A DNA stretch of 64,000 bases, taken from positions 38,564,001 to 38,628,000 of the forward strand of contig JANJGN010000026.1 in the NCBI GenBank assembly GCA_026770705.1. Reading direction: 5' to 3'. Shown piece after piece: positions 1 to 12,385 of the stretch. Each line of letters begins with the position of its first letter. Within the stretch, counting starts at the first letter, position 1. The notes beneath the pieces are model-generated. The model saw only the letters and a list, made by a program, of their open reading frames with translations. It was not told the origin of the DNA and did no database searches. The stretch is from Isurus oxyrinchus (Eukaryota). The position numbers and the translations under genes were made by a program.

Positions 1-623
1 CGATAACCCATGCACTCCATTTTCAGTGAGAAAAATATAAGAAAAAGGTGAAATTCACTCATTACACTGTGTTGAAACCTGAAATGCACGAACCAAAGGG
101 TGGAAGAAGAACATCCAATCGTAACGTTCAAAAGGAAATTGTAAGTTTAACATGGGAATACTTGCCCCTCATGCGGAAATTGCAAGAGTTGAAAGGCGAT
201 TATGATAACTCTTCCAAACAGACACAGGGATGGTATGACAAATAGTCTAATTCAGTGGTCTAAAATTCTATGATTCAAGTTTCTTCATGCCTCTTCTGCT
301 CTATTTGGTCTCTGTCACTTGAACAGTGAGCAGCTGCAGGATTGTCACAAACCTGCGAAGTTTCAACCGTCGCTATTTCCACTCCCTCCATTCAGAGTGC
401 GGCTGAGAGTCACTGCACACCTTACTCAATATTGAGTTTGCGGTATCCCGGCCCACATCTTCCGTTTGCTGCTGTCGCTCTGACCCGATTGTGTAACTGG
501 AGAGATTGCTGCTGCTGGTCCCTTTTTCTCATTGTTTCGGTGGGCATTGCAGTGGGACGTGGATCTGTATTTCTGCTTTGACAGAGGATTTTTTGCACGT
601 ACGTTGCAGACTCAGGACGTATC

Positions 624-1113
624 ATGGGGAACAATTTCACTCCGCTTCCCATTGTGAGCATCTCCTTCCCAGTAAAATCCATTGTCCTCCTGATTGCTGT
701 GCCCCAGGTGTCATTGTTGTTCAAATAATGGTGACGGCGATAATGATTATTGTGTTGACCAACACGAAGCTGATGCTGATTATTGTTTTTACTTTTCTTT
801 AATGTTAGAATGGGAGCACCAGGACACAGTGGAACAGCCGCTTCATGAAATGATGGATGAACAGGAAATTAATGTTGTACAAACTTGCACTTTGAAAGCA
901 AGATATCGCAATTTTTAATGTGTACTGGCACACTGAGCACCCCAGGCAGCCTCCAGAGTGCGTGATTTATTATATTGGAGAGAATGTGTGCAGGAGCACC
1001 GATATCACTGATCGGATTTCCTCTACGCTTAATAAAACTGCCAAGATCGTTGAGTTAACGATCGGCAACACACTGATTTCCCACTTCACCGTACAGTTAT
1101 GTGTCATGAGCCT
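624..1113 (+). pseudogene. TCR alpha/delta-type V segment V1 (pseudogene; paralogue of V2)
   Basis: The leader 624-671 is 48 nt, out of phase versus 46 nt in V2. GT..AG intron 672-808. V exon EHQDTVEQPLHE...QTCTLK has a TAA at 916-918 and a +1 frameshift before VYWHTEHP. FR3 is decayed (ISHFTVQLCVMS). Confidence 0.85.
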
Positions 1114-1152
1114 AACAATTCTACAGAGAGATAGCGGATCCCAGACAAAACT
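1114..1152 (+). other. Degenerate 23-RSS of V1
   Basis: AACAATT + 23 nt + GACAAAACT. Positionally homologous to the V2 RSS; the CAC is lost. Confidence 0.65.
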
Positions 1153-1174
1153 CACAGAGATTTTCAGTTAGCGC

Positions 1175-1188
1175 TCAGCAGAGGGCGC
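1175..1188 (+). promoter_or_regulatory. CTCF-binding motif downstream of V1 RSS
   Basis: TCAGCAGAGGGCGC matches the CTCF core CCASYAGRKGGCRS except at position 1; lies 22 nt after the nonamer. Confidence 0.7.
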
Positions 1189-1985
1189 GCTCACGCCGTC
1201 AAAGCAGAAAGAATTATTCAACTCCCACTGTGAGATCACATGGAGCATGTTAAAAGATTATAAAACATTTAATATTCAACAAGAAGAGTTGAGGTCCACT
1301 TGTACATTTAGATTAGTTTGCCTTTGCAAATTGAATTTATAATTAAAAGCGAGCTTTACAAATGGCAATGTAATGCCTCGATTTCATTTTTCTTTATCGA
1401 CCCATTTCCCTGCGGACTTGTTTCTTATCGTCCCGTCTCCATTCGGTAATCAGAATTGTGAACAGTTTCCCCTTTCATTCTTTAATTTAAGAGATGGTTC
1501 TTTGCTACTTCTCTGTCCATTAAGTCAGAACAACCCCAACCCAAATGCCTATATATTCAGCCCTGGATTCAAGCGAGGTGATTCATGAAAATTTCGCTTA
1601 TTATTGAATAATATAATAACCCTGATACTCCTGCCCCGAACAGATTCGTATCCAGTGCGGAATGAATATGGAAGTACCACATCTCTTCCGGAGAGACAGG
1701 GTTATATCCTTTCCGAAGGGGAAATTACTATTTAATTCAGTTCCTTGCAAGTGAATCCGAATGTGTGATATCAATGCCTGCTATAACCCCGCCCATAGCA
1801 TCGGTTTGCTGTCGTCGGTATGACCCGCCTTCCTCGTCCTTTATTGTTGGAGAACTTCTTGCCTTTGTTCTCTGTTTGGAATTGATTGGATGAGCAGCTC
1901 AGTGAGGACCCGGGGTGGGATGTGGTACTTCTACTCCGACAGGGTGCTTCCCCGGACTTCACAGTTAACAGACACAGCGAAAATC

Positions 1986-2448
1986 ATGCAGAATCGTCTC
2001 ACACTGCTGCTCATTATTGTATCCCTTCTCAGTAAGCAACGAAAAATTCATTCTTCCCTGAACTGCCCTCACCCAGATGTCACTGTTTGTGAAATGATGA
2101 TGATGTTAACAATAATGATGTATCTTGTTATTATTCTATGTTAGAATTGAGCCACCAAGACAAAGTGGAACAGCCGGTTCTTGAAAAGATTGTTGAAGAG
2201 GAAAGTAATGTCACCCTAAACTGCGCCTTAAAAACAAACAATGGTCGTCCTACTGTGCTCTGGTACAGTCAGCATCCTGGGAAGCCTCCACAGTACATGT
2301 TTCATATTCTTGGACGGATGATAAACCGCCACCCAGACTCGTCTGCCCGCTTCAATCCTGCATTTGATAAAACAGCGAAGGTAACCGAGCTAATAATCGG
2401 CAATGTCGCAATCTCTGACACCGCCGTGTATTTCTGTGCCATGAGACC
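1986..2448 (+). CDS. TCR alpha/delta-type V segment V2 (open frame; leader 1986-2031, V exon 2145-2448)
   Basis: Leader MQNRLTLLLIIVSLL with a phase-1 GTAAGC donor and a TTAG acceptor. Ig V-set hallmarks: VTLNC, WYSQHPGKPPQY, ISDTAVYFCAMRP. Confidence 0.9.
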
Positions 2449-2487
2449 CAGACTGCTGCAGAGGTTTAGCGGACTCTGTACAAAATC
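2449..2487 (+). other. 23-RSS of V2 with non-canonical heptamer
   Basis: CAGACTG + 23 nt + TACAAAATC directly after YFCAMRP. Confidence 0.8.
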
Positions 2488-2504
2488 CCACTTGCAGTTG
2501 GTGC

Positions 2505-2518
2505 TCACCAGAGGGCGC
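2505..2518 (+). promoter_or_regulatory. CTCF-binding motif downstream of V2 RSS
   Basis: TCACCAGAGGGCGC, 17 nt after the nonamer. Confidence 0.7.
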
Positions 2519-2979
2519 GAGAACAGCGACAAATCAAAGCTCTCAAAAAGTCTCCACAGTGGGAATATCTGGGATGTCCCGCCCCCCAAGCCCCGCCACC
2601 CTCCCCACCCACCCCCTCCAAAAAAAAAGTAACAAAATAACACTCAACGAGAACAGGCAAGTCTCACTTCTAGAATTACATTTTTATATTTTGGTGATTT
2701 CAACTTGCAACTGAGCGATAAATTTAAAGTGGCAGGAGTTCAAAGTGGAAAGTGAGATTAGGCTGGCTGGCTGGTTTTTCGGCCGACACAGACAGCGATA
2801 GGCCAAGTAACCTCGTTCTGTTCTGTTAACTTTCTATGAATCTATGAAAACCTGTCTGAAAAATCCTGAGACGTATCTTCCACGCTGTATAATTTCACTA
2901 AATATCTCGGAGCTTCCCAGGATACTTGATGTACAGAAGAGAGTGAAAGCAGCACTTGTCGAATAATTGCGGTTCAGTA

Positions 2980-5900
2980 TTAGAACCACAGAACCATAGA
3001 AAAGTTACAGCGCAGAAGGAGACCATTCGGCCCATCTTGTCCATGCCAACCCGAGGACACCCAAGTGCCCTTTCTAATCCCACCTTCCTGCACCCGGCCC
3101 ATAGCCCTGCAGCTTACAGCCCTTTAGGTGCAGATCCAGGTATTTTAAAAAAGCGTTTATCGTTCCTACCTCCACCACCAGCTTGGGCAGCGAATTCCAG
3201 ACACCCACTACCCTCTGTGTAAAAAAGTTCTTCCTCATGTCCCCCCTACACATCTGCCACTTATCTTGAATCTATGTCCCCGGTTCTACAATTCTCCATC
3301 AAGGGAAACAATTTTATCCTGTCCACTCTGTCTATTCCCCTCATAGTTTTGTACACCTCAATCAAGTCACCTTTGTTCTATGGAAAATAACCACAACCTA
3401 TCCAATCTCTCCTTGAAGCTACACTTTTCTAACCCTGGCAACATTCTTGTAAACGTCCTCTGCACTCTCTCCAGAGCTATTACGTCCTTCCTTTAATGTG
3501 GTGACCAGAAATGCACACAATACTCCAGTTGTGGCCTCGTAAGTGTTTTATACAATTCAACATTATATCCTTACTTTTATATTCTATATCTCTGCCAATG
3601 AAGAAGCGCATTCTTTGTAACCTTGTCCACTTGAAATGCCACCTTCAGGGACCTGTGTACTTCTCCACCAAGATCTCTCACTTGATCTACCTCTCTTAGT
3701 ATATTCCCATTTATTTTGTAATCCCTGTACCTGTTTGACCTCCCTAAATGTATGACTTCTCTATGTTAAAATCCATTTGCCACTTTACCGCCCACTCCAC
3801 CAAGCCATCTATATCATTTTGGAGATTTTGGCTATCCTCTACACTATCTACTACTCGGCCAATCTTTGTGTCATCTGCAAATTTCCCAATTGTATCCCCC
3901 ACGTTCACGTCCAAATTGTTCATATATAAAACAAACAGCAAGGGTCCCAAACCGAGCCCTGTGGAACACCACTTGAGACAACTTTCCATTCGCAAGGGCA
4001 TCCATCGACCAGTACCCTTTGTTTCCTGTTACAAAGCCAACCTTTTACCCAGTTTGCCACATTACCCTGAATCCCATGGGCTTTTAATTTCCTGACCAAT
4101 CTGCCATGTGGGACATTGTGAAATGCCTTGCTAAAATCCATGTACATAACACCCACTGCACTACCTTCATCAACCCTTCTTGTCACTTCCTCAAACAATT
4201 CAAGCAAATTTGTGAGGCAAGACCTTCCTTTAGCAAATCCATGCTGACCATCCCTGACTAGTCCTTGCCTTTCCACATGATAGTTAATTCTATCTCTCAG
4301 AATTGAGTCTACTAATTTGCTCACCACCGATGTAAGACTAACTGACCTATAATTGTTTGACATTTCCTTTTATCCCTTTTTAAACAATGGGACTACGTTT
4401 ACATTTCTCCAGTCCTCTGGTACCTCCCCTCTATCTAGTGAAGATTGGAAAATCATCCTCAGAGCATCTGCTATCTCCTCCCTGACTTCCTTCAGCAGCC
4501 TCGGAAACAATCCATCTGGCCCTTGTGACTTATCAACTTTCAAGGATTTCAACCTTTCGAGTACTTCCTTTCTCTTTATGACTATCCCGTCCAATATCTC
4601 ACAGTTTTCCTCCTGGACTACTATATCTGCATCCTCCTTTTCCTTTGGAAACACGGATAAAAATATTCATTCAAACCGCTTCCCACAGCCTCTGCATCTA
4701 TGCACAACTTTCCATCTTCATCTCTGATAGTTCCCACTTTTTCCTTGACTTACCTTTTAGTATTAATATATCGGAAAAACATCTTTGGGTTATCTTTAAC
4801 TTTAATTGCTAATAATTTTTCATGCCCTCTCTTTGATTTCCTTATTTCATTTTTCACTTCGACCCTGCACTTCCTAGGCTATCTGCAGTGTTTAATTCTT
4901 TGTGTCTATCGTACGCTTTCTTTTTCTGTTTGATCTTCCCCTGTATTCCTCTAGACAACTAGGGTGGTCTAGATTTGGCAGTACCACTCTCATTTTTGTA
5001 GGGGACATGTCTACTTTGTACAATTAGGATCTCACTTTTTAGTGCTTCCCACTGGTTTTCCACTGTTTTATCCTCCAGCAGTGCTGTCCAGTCCACCTCA
5101 GCCAAGTCCCTTCTCATTTCTGCAAAATGTGCCTTCCCCCAGTTCAAGACTTTTAGTCCTGCCTTACCTCTATCCTTTTCCATGGTAATGCTAAATCTAA
5201 CTGAATTGTGATCACTGTCCCCGATATGGTCGCCAACTGTAATTTCAGCCATTTGTCCTTCTTCGTTCCCCAAGACTAGGTCTAGAATTGCATCCCCTCT
5301 CATTGGGTTTGTCACTAATTGGTTGAAAAAAATTCCTGGACACACTGCAGGCATCTCTCTCCCTCAGTGCCGCTTATATTGTTTGAATTCCAGTTGATAT
5401 TTGGATAGTTGAAGTCTCCTACTATTATTGCCCTCTTGTTCTTAGAAGCAGAAATTTTCCCACATATATGTTCTTCTATCTCCCTTTCACTATTTGGGGG
5501 TCTGTAGTATACTCCCAATAGTGTGACTACCCCGTTTTTATTTCTAAGCTCAATTCATAAAGCCTCGTTTAGTATATCATTCCTTTACACAACTGGAATT
5601 GATTATTTAACCATTAGTGCTACCCCCCTCCCCTTCCTTTTTTATCTCCTACTCTATCGTGTCTGAAGACTCTATATCCAGGGATATTGAGCTGCCAGCT
5701 TTGTCCCTCCTTTAGCCAGGTCTCCATTATAGCAATGACATCCTGCTGCCATGTGTCTACCTGTGCCCTTAATTCATCTACCTTGTTTGTAATACTCCTT
5801 GCATTGAAGTATAAACAGTTTACCGTCGTCAATTTCCCCTGCTGGACACTTTGTAACTTCTCCTGTAACTCCACGTCTATCACAACATCCCTAGCTAATG

Positions 5901-6190
5901 TTCTACCTCTATTTTACTGATCTGAATCTGACCTATCTGATCCTACTCCTGGGATTCCATTCCCCTGCTAGACTAATTTAACTATTCTCCAACAGAACTA
6001 GCAAAAGACCCGCAAGGAGACTGGTCCCAGCTCTGCCTGGGTGCAGCCCGAATGCCCAAAGGAGACTCCTGCACTATCTTCCTGAGTCTTTTCCTGTTCC
6101 TGATAGTCACCCATTCCCTTTCTGCCTGTGTAATCTTCACCTGCGATGTGACCACCTCGCTGGAACTCCCAGTTCCAGAGCTGTTCATTC
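2980..6190 (-). mobile_element. CR1 LINE, long decayed copy (ORF1 remnant, APE endonuclease, RT, 3' tail)
   Basis: Broken minus-strand ORFs: CLYFNARSI/ETWL, GVYYRPP..GDFN, NYRSVSLTS, YMDFSKAF, GVPQGSV, KFADDTKIG. Confidence 0.93.
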
Positions 6191-8221
6191 AGCGGGACCC
6201 TGAGACAATTCATCTTCTCCATTAGTTCCTGTAACACATTACAAAACGTAACAAATGCCTGACGGTGAATATAATCCTTGGAATAGACATTGAACATTAA
6301 AAACAAACTCAAACGGGCAGCAAGGCGAATATTATGAATTTAGGGGTCACATGGTGCCTGCTTTAGACTAACAGAGTGACTTCTAGCCTGAATTGAAAGA
6401 GTAAACAGATATCAGGGGCAGGCTTCAATTATCCTGTATTTGGAAACTCGGGGACGTTTCACAGGGACAGGATTGGCTGGTCTCTCAGTACTGACGACAG
6501 TTGTGCACCAATCAATGTTAATTGGAGATCAATGACTTGATCTGGCTGTCTCCGTGTATCCCAGTCTTTTTCTGCATCTCTGGCTTTGTCTTCGTATCTA
6601 TGTCTGTCCTTCTCTCTCTTTCTCTCCCTCGCTCTCAATTGTTCCACCTCTCTGAGCCTCTTTCTATCCTGACCCTCTGCGCCTATTCCCCTCTCTCATT
6701 TGTTATCCCTCTGTCTTCTTCTGCTGTGTTCCAGGAAGTACAGAACGTAGAAAATCCAATACCTCCCAATCTATCATTCAAGTAGTTCCCCAAACAACGA
6801 ACTCAAGTGTTAGGAGGAGCTATAATAGACAATATGTAAAAAACACAGATCAGGGACAAGTTTAAGTTGGAAATAGCTACACTTAAGGCTACATAGGTTA
6901 TGTGTGAATCAGGAGTCAAACTGACATGTTTTCTTTGCGTGGACATTTAAAAGTTGGAATCTCTGTTTAAAACAAGAATGAATTAACCGGTATGTCTGGG
7001 ATATTGAAAATAAACAAAGACAATCACCAGAATTCGAACTGGAGCTGGTACTGGTTCCGTGCATAGGTTCATCTGCATTAAAGAATGTTATAATAGGTGT
7101 AATAAGAACTAGAAGAACGCGGCATAACTAAGCAAGAGCATAATTCAGTAATTTGAGAATTCAGTGAACTGCCAAGAAAAGGCCATTTCCCACACATCAG
7201 CACAAGAGGCACCGCACACATCGTGTTTGTGCACTGCAGCAGGTATGGGTCCACGAATTCAGTGCTGATGTTACCAGACTGGTAATCTGAGTCAACTGGT
7301 TTAATAATCCAGCTCCTTGATTTGTATTCTGGCCACGGCACTTGAGGAATTTAAGTTCTGCTAATAAAATAAAAATCTGGAATTAAAGCTGGCACCGGTG
7401 CTGACATGACACTGTTGGATGGTCAATAGGTCCCAGCTGGCTCGATAATGTCTTTGAGGGAAAGAAATCCAGCGTCTCTGCCCGTTCTGCCTATCAATGG
7501 AAATATGGGGGACTCTTAACCACCCATTGTAATAGCTGTATCATGCTAACTGCTATGAAAGCCATAAGCCAAATATAGACTGTGGATGTTCAATCGTGAT
7601 TCAACTCTATCTCTCCCTCAAGTTTTCCCCCCGGGTCTCAATCTGTTTCTCCCCCAAATCTCCCTCACAGACTGGTTTAAAAACAAGTCTTTAGCCGAAT
7701 GGGGAGCCAGGTGCTGCTCTGGTCCAGAACAGCACAAGTCGTTTATACCTGGGCCCAACCACAAAAAAAAGTTTTAAACACCCCCCGAAAGAGTAGGGCC
7801 TTCGTTTCCAAAACCCAAAGTGAACTTTCCTCATTTTATGTGCTCTATTTAAGCACAGGAGAAATGGGAGCACTAAGCCCACTGATGTGCTTAATGCCCA
7901 TCACAAATAATAAATGACCATCCTTTTTCTACCCACTGGTTTCCAACCCAATTCATCGAGGGGGAAAGGTCAGCTTTTGACCGACCGCAACACCCTGTAA
8001 TCGATCACAGATTGGAGACCATCACTATCTTCCTGGTCTGGATTTGACCCAGGTGCCACATGAAAGTCAGTGTCTGACCCGCTGCCAATTCCTCAGGTCA
8101 CAGAGAGAGAACGCGGCCTTAATGTCCCTGTTCTCTGCAATAAACACTAACTCGTGACTGCTGGAGTCAAATCAGACCAATCAAATCCAGTGATTTCAGT
8201 TCCTTCGATCCCATATCCTCA

Positions 8222-8258
8222 GGAAGTGACATCAGAGCCGCCTCAGCCAATTGACTCA
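8222..8258 (+). promoter_or_regulatory. V3 promoter motifs (ETS, CRE-type decamer, AP-1)
   Basis: GGAAGT overlaps AGTGACATCA (8225-8234, the CRE-type decamer known from TCR V promoters); TGACTCA at 8252-8258. All lie about 65-100 bp upstream of the leader ATG. Confidence 0.6.
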
Positions 8259-8321
8259 GCTATTTCTTGTCCGATCTTCTGCAGGTTTCTGAGACGCAAA
8301 ACAGCCCCCGGAACATCAGCA

Positions 8322-9370
8322 ATGCGGCTCTCCGTTCCCGCCGTAATCTGGGTGACATTCATTGTCGGTAAGAAGTTTAAACTTTGAAAAGCGGGTTTGA
8401 TTTCTGAGGGAATAAATTTGAAAAGCGGAACATTCCTGCTAACCGTGTTTCGGATCTTGATCAGACCACACTTAGATTTATTGTGAAATGTTCCGCTTTT
8501 TTATAAAACGAATACAGTTCACAAAAGAAAATGAAAAGAAACCGAATCACAATGATGGTAGTAGACTTCAGTAAATACTGAACAGGTTGGGGTTCTATCC
8601 TCTGGTAAAGAAAAACTGAGGGAGAACGAATACAGTTCTTCAAAGGAGTTCGACGGAAAATATATTTCCACTTCTGGAGGATTCCTAAAGTATGGGTTAT
8701 AAATATAAGAGTCACGGAAAAGACTCCAAAAGGGATTCAGGGCAATTATCTTTACTTTTTAGAATAAGGAACTCAACGCCACAAGGAGTAGTTGAGACAA
8801 AGAGCCTAGTTTTAATTCACGGAAACGAGATAAAAGCGGAGAGGGAAAAAAGGTTGGTAGGATTTGCTGACAGGGTGAGATGAAGAGTGAGGGAGGATGC
8901 TCTTCGGGGTTGGAAACACGTAGATGGACCACTTGGGCCGAATGAGCTTTTGTGCGCTCGAAATTACGTTTAATTTTATGTCACATTGACTGTGAATTTT
9001 CACTCTCAGTTCTGGTCAGTTGACGTTTTAATCACTGATTTCCGCTTTCTTTAACCGTGTGTCCAGAACTGAGCGATGGAGATTCTGTTACTCAACAGGA
9101 ATTCTCACTCACACAGACAGAGGGAGAAGATGCCAACTGAACCTGCACCTATACCGACGATGCTTCTTTCTTATTCCGGTACCGGCAGTACCCAGGCATG
9201 CAGCCCGAGTTTGCAGTCCAAAGGCACAAGGGCGGCGGTTCTGAATTTAAGGCTGATTTCGCTCAGAGCCGCTTTTCTGCTACAGTCCAGCAGACAGACG
9301 AGTCGTACCGATTGACCATCTCGAAGCTGCAGCTAACTGACACCGCGGTTTATTACTGTGCACAGAGTCT
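8322..9370 (+). pseudogene. TCR alpha/delta-type V segment V3 (leader 8322-8367, V exon 9067-9370)
   Basis: Leader MRLSVPAVIWVTFIV with a GTAAGA donor. Exon GDSVTQQEFSLTQTEGEDAN*TCTY...LQLTDTAVYYCAQS has an in-frame TGA at 9138-9140, and the conserved Trp codon reads CGG (9177-9179). Confidence 0.88.
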
Positions 9371-9409
9371 CACAGTGATGGGAACGAGTGAAAATCTCGT
9401 ACAATAACT
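9371..9409 (+). other. Canonical 23-RSS of V3
   Basis: CACAGTG + 23 nt + ACAATAACT. Confidence 0.92.
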
Positions 9410-9764
9410 GCTGCAGCTTTCTGGGGCACAGCTGCTGTCTGCTGAGGGCTGTTTATAACAGCCGGTCAGACACTGACACGTGAATTCATTCTTCTGAGCA
9501 CAGACCCCGAGCACAATCCACAGAAGCACCGTCTAAAATCAACCACACTGAATATTGATTCAGTCTGATTACTGTATTAAAGGTGTGGGGCAGAATCCTG
9601 CTGTTTATTTGGGAATGTCTGAGAACTCACCACTGCCATTGAGAATACAAACACATGAAAGTGGCCGGGGTCTACTTATATCAGTGAACTGCTGTTCATG
9701 AAAGATCTCGCGGCAAAGGAACAATTTTTTTTTTCGGTTGAAATGTGCCAATAGTGTAGACAAA

Positions 9765-9778
9765 AGGCCACCTGGTGA
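9765..9778 (-). promoter_or_regulatory. Candidate CTCF motif
   Basis: Minus strand reads TCACCAGGTGGCCT. Confidence 0.4.
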
Positions 9779-10446
9779 GGAGAATCTGAATAATTATAAT
9801 GACCTGATTAAACATCTCTCGATGTTAAAGCTACTTCCATATAATGAAATTAAGAACCGATAATATAAACAGCCACAAAGAGGTTATTTTCAAGATATGA
9901 TTAGAAGCTGATGACCAATGATTAATAGATTGCATAATCGACAAGGACAGGCTGCTGTGTTCGAGGCACGGAACAGATGACCAGAAAACCGATTGAATAC
10001 TAAACCTTAGTTTCTTTTTAAAAGCGTCAGAAAGTTTGAGCACTGGATGCGCTTTCGGAAATCTGAACATACCAGATAAGGCGTTAGGAAAATGCAAAGG
10101 CTTTGTTATTTTTTTTCCTGCAGGTCCCTTCAGTGATATATAACTGATGCTGCATTTGTGTTGTGTGTACCCTCTGTAACGGCTGGAACATAAAGTCAAC
10201 TATTTTGCTCAGCATTTCTGCCATTGTAACTTTAAGTCACAAAATGGGGTGAATTCGCTAAACACATTTTACATTATGTTCAGAATGTATTCTTTGTAAA
10301 TGGAACATTTCAAAATTCCGCACCTGTTGCTATCGGCCTGTTACTTATTTGGATTTACTTTCAATGAGCACATTCCGGTTATATGCTTTGAAAGTCTTTC
10401 TCCCCACTCTACCCGCCATTCCGTTCAGCTGGTCACGCTTCTGCAG

Positions 10447-10479
10447 TGTTTCTGCACGAGGAAGGTTCCTGTCACTGTG
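10447..10479 (-). other. RSS of V4 with shortened spacer
   Basis: CACAGTG + 17 nt + GCAGAAACA; no good nonamer at 12- or 23-nt spacing. Confidence 0.6.
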
Positions 10480-10900
10480 TCTCTTAGCCCGCAGTGATAC
10501 ATGGATGGTGAAATTCCCCTCACTTCTGGAAATGTCAAAAGATGCAGATAATCGAGCCCCCGCGGCCTCTGCATTGAAAACACCCATAGCGGAATGGATA
10601 TAGGTCAATATTGTAGGGGCTTTGTAGCCCTCTTGTCGGTACAGTTGCAAGACGCAGAAACCAATCGTGACCGAATAGCTGAAATTAATGGTCAGCGAGT
10701 CTCCTTCAAACTGTGCCCCTGCAACCGGCTCCTGTAACACCGACTCTGCAGCAAATTCAAAGTACAGAACTTCAACTTTTTATTATCACCATTACAATCA
10801 GGGTTATCAAGTTAATGGAACCCTTAACAAGTAAAGGGAAAACATAGTTAAAAGGAAGATTACCCATCATCGCTATCAGTATAACCTGTAAGATGAACAT
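10480..10900 (-). pseudogene. TCR alpha/delta-type V segment V4 (inverted pseudogene)
   Basis: Leader 10900-10864 (MFILQVILIAMM, then GTAATC donor). Exon SVLQEPVAGAQFEGDSLTINFSYS..QLYRQ has Cys->Phe and Trp->Leu changes. An FR3 deletion with frameshift precedes YHCGLR. Confidence 0.82.
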
Positions 10901-11132
10901 TGTGTAACTTGGGAAATTCCCAGTAAAGAGAATCGCAGCTGTGAAGAATCAACAGTCAACACGTTTGCAGAGCCGATGGTGGATAGCTTGACTTCAACCA
11001 AAATTATTTTAGTGAAGAGTTCAGGAGATGTTGAGTAATATCCGGCGCCGAGCCCGATTGGTACATTCCTGCATGAGCTCACAGATCTTTGTCCTTCAGT
11101 GCACGCAATCAGCTCATAGTTCCTTCAATTCG

Positions 11133-11140
11133 TGACGTCA
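11133..11140. promoter_or_regulatory. Perfect CRE upstream of V4
   Basis: TGACGTCA about 230 bp upstream of the V4 ATG on the minus strand. Confidence 0.5.
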
Positions 11141-11576
11141 GAGAGCTCGAAATAAACTGAGAGAGCATAAGAACATTTGAAACAAGAGCTGGATTCGGGC
11201 ATTTGGTCTCTCGACCCTGCAGCATCACCTATCTCTAATCTACCTATCTAAATTGCATCCGCCTTCTTGCACTATTCCCAAATCCCTTGATTCTCTTAAT
11301 ATCCATAGATCTATCAACCTCAGTCTAAAATAAACTCAGCGTCTACGCTCTGGAGTAGAGAATAATGAGAACTTCATTGAAGCCGATATAGTTTCTTTAA
11401 GGGAGTCAATCTTTGATGTAGAGCGATGATGGGTAATGGCTAAAGCTGTTCCCTGACCAGTGTTCGAGTCTCCCATTAAAAGAGCTTCTCGATGACCATT
11501 AAAAATACTCACAGCCGATATAAAGAGGGATTTCACATAGAATGCCGCAGATTCTGCACCCTCCCCTCAAACCGCT

Positions 11577-11577
<1 letters not shown>

Positions 11578-11611
<34 letters not shown>
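11578..11611. repeat. (CA)n microsatellite
   Basis: Direct reading. Confidence 0.95.
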
Positions 11612-11615
<4 letters not shown>

Positions 11616-12135
11616 TTTCTCCCTTTCTCTTCCTCTTTCTCCTCTCGCTTTGTCGACTTGTTTCTCTCTGGGTCATCCTTTTTTCTCTCCATATCACTTT
11701 CTCCCTATCTCATTCTCTCCTTTCTCTCTGTGGGATTGTTCGCTCATGTTTTTCATTAAGTTAAAAAGTGAAGTAATTCCTGGAGGTGATGTGGCCCATT
11801 AATCACATGTCCAGAATTAGGACAAAAAGATGGAAGTTACTCACCTAATTCAACTGTGCTTGGGGTGAAAGTCTTCAGCAAATGGCCCAGTAGAGCGCTG
11901 CTGTGTCCAGGCGAAGCCTCTTCCACGGCATTGGAAAAAGTATGGCGGCACAGACCCACACAGTGGACACGCGCAGAGACGACCACACAGAGAAATACAT
12001 AAAAGCACTTGCAGGTGCAGACACAGACATGCAAAATCAAACACGTACTGTGAAGTGCACAAACTCAAACACACGCACAGGCACACCAGGACATAAAGAA
12101 CCGTACATACACAGAGATATATGTGTCTGGAGAGA

Positions 12136-12385
12136 GATCAATTAAAGATCAAACTGTCTCTCAGATGAATTAGAGATCAAATTGCCTCCCATGATCGATT
12201 AGAGTCTAAACTGTCTCTCAGGTACATTAAAGATTAAACTGTTCTCCATCTTTTTTTGTGCGAATTCTGGGTATGTGATTAATGGGCCCCATCACCTCCA
12301 GGAATTTCTTCACTTTTCAATTTAAGCCTCTCAGATCGACTAAAGATCAAACTGTCAAATCAATTAAAGCTCAAACTGTCTCTGA
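12136..12385 (+). repeat. About 28-bp minisatellite (GATCAATTAAAGATCAAACTGTCTCTCA-like, about 6 copies) interrupted by an 80-bp insert
   Basis: Direct reading of the repeated units. Confidence 0.75.

Noticed and set aside
2449-2632. C-terminal extension of ORF 2138-2632 (proline-rich tail)
   Set aside because: Read-through of the germline V exon into the RSS and a C-rich flank; not part of the rearranged product.
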